A stretch of 63,949 nucleotides of DNA, counting the filler, from Octopus bimaculoides (taxonomy: Eukaryota): NCBI RefSeq assembly GCF_001194135.2. It is 6 parts of 5 records of this genome, joined end to end, with 100 filler letters (N's around TTAATTAATTAA, not from the genome) between each part and the next. Parts side by side here need not be neighbours in the genome. Positions count along the whole stretch, not along the records: positions 59,680 to 62,783 come from NW_026410975.1; positions 62,884 to 63,949 come from NC_068990.1; 4 more parts are not named here. The stretch is one strand, 5' to 3'. The stretch's first letter is position 1, and the number at the start of each line of letters is the position of its first letter. The notes under the pieces are model-generated. The model worked only from the letters and a program-made list of their open reading frames with translations. It made no database searches and had not been told where the DNA came from. This document shows, in pieces, positions 62,163 to 63,949 of this stretch. The translations under genes were made by a program, and so were the position numbers.

Positions 62163-63033
62163 CGTAGTAGAAAGAATATTAAATTAATATATTTCTATTT
62201 AAGGACATTTAATAAATGACTTTTATATGCATTTACCTATTCGTTTCGCTTGGTCAGCATACCCGAGTCTACTTTTGTATTTTCCCAGATTGTTTATTTT
62301 CATTTCTAATCACGCAAACCCATCCGGTCCTCGAATTATATACTCCGTCCTCATTGATCATTGCAAAACATAAACAGAAAATCTGTGGCATAATCTTGAA
62401 CGATATTATTTCTTTATCGACATGAAATTGGCGAATACAATACAAAAATCTTCCCAATTTTAACCTACAAAAATACTAATGGTAAATATTCAAATTAATT
62501 CTTTCTACTAAGCTTGAAATTTTAAGGGAGGAAACCAATCGATTACATCAGCAATTACTCGTATTTAATCTCAGAGCTGTCAATGACTTTACAACTGGTT
62601 GTTTGTTAATTTCCGTAAAAAAAAAATAATATTTGCGCGCACACACTCATTGACTTACATGTTCTTAACTTGAATAGCGAAACACACTCGCGCAATGAAT
62701 GATAGTGTATATGAAAGATAATGGGTGTACGTATGTGTGTATGTGTGAGTGAATACAAATACATAAAGTTGAACAGGCTCGCANNNNNNNNNNNNNNNNN
62801 NNNNNNNNNNNNNNNNNNNNNNNNNNNTTAATTAATTAANNNNNNNNNNNNNNNNNNNNNNNNNNNNNNNNNNNNNNNNNNNNCATGTATGTATATGTAA
62901 AAGTGTGTATATATGTATGTATTTATATTTATAACTTAACCTTATGAACTTTCTAAACTCTCTGACGAAGCCCAGAGACACACGCAAGTACCTTAATCTT
63001 ATCTACCAACTACTTCAGTTCACTGAAGGGATG

Positions 63034-63068
<35 letters not shown>

Positions 63069-63884
63069 CTCAAAGAAATTTCAACTTTGATTTTCACGTT
63101 TTATTTACAATCTTATAATAATATAATATAAGATAATATAATACAATGAAATGATAGAATATTAAATGTCCATTCTGGTTGAACCAGTATTTTCATGCAT
63201 TAAATTATGCAATCTTTAGGTTCATGTAGTTGTAGTGACAGTTATGTTTTACAATTTACAACTGTAGGGAGATGGCTAAACTGTGTGCCTTAAATTCATT
63301 TGTATAAGCTCTAGAATGTTAATTTTTGCAAACTGTATTGTGACCAATCAGTGTGTGGTTTTATTAAATTACTTAAGTTGATTGGTGCTTTGTTTAGGCG
63401 TCACGATTCGTTGAACATGTCAAGGTGGTGGTGGTGGTGGTAATTTAAATGTAAAAGTCCCTGGTAAATATTGTTTACAACATTTCTAAAATATAATTTG
63501 GAGAAGGATGAGAAAGAAATTTATTAATAGAAAATTAAGAGTTGAGAAATATAGTGTAATAGCTGAATGGTCCCATTCCTCTATCACACTAATTTCCTGT
63601 TAATTTCTTTCTTTCTCTTTTTTCTCTAAATTACCTCTAAATTACCTCTAACGGTTTTCTAAAAAATAACTTGCCAGCGTTCCCCTTCATCATATACGCA
63701 GTATTCACATTCGATTAAAATGGCTTATTGATGTGTTTTGTTTCTCTTCTTCCTCTGACGAGATGATTGCATTGTTTTACATCATTTTTATTCCCGCCGG
63801 AATAATCTCAATGCTTTCTTCGAAACATATTTTGGAAGTATAAATGGTTTGAGTAACACCTACATTTGACTCCATTTCTTAATT

Positions 63885-63949
<65 letters not shown>

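Overview
Gapped, AT-rich eukaryotic genomic DNA dominated by microsatellites, SINEs and decayed transposons. The repeat families and (CAT)n/(ATT)n-tailed SINEs look octopod/cephalopod, but that assignment is inference from the repeat landscape only. No complete, recognisable host gene is present. Candidate host signals are a spliced exon pair at 16.7-17.1 kb (+), a CpG-richer promoter-like zone at 17.2-19.3 kb, and an isolated exon-like segment at 56.0-56.1 kb (-). Supported mobile DNA: RTE LINEs (2.7-3.4 kb; 6.1-9.1 kb near full length, with a PHD-like insert); a 3.2-kb (AAT)n cluster of four Dong/R4 3' fragments interleaved with three antisense SINEs; CRE-like, CR1/Jockey-group and Penelope fragments (one beside a decayed hammerhead ribozyme); a clean mariner end; a decayed Tc1; tandem piggyBac MITEs; foldback elements; and two unrelated TIR elements carrying (CCCTAA)n telomere-like repeats. 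I found no intact novel multi-gene system. The best leads are the self-seeding (AAT)n landing pad, the telomere-repeat MITEs and a long hairpin at 33.7 kb. Boundaries of decayed elements are approximate and family names come from motif recognition by eye, not database searches.
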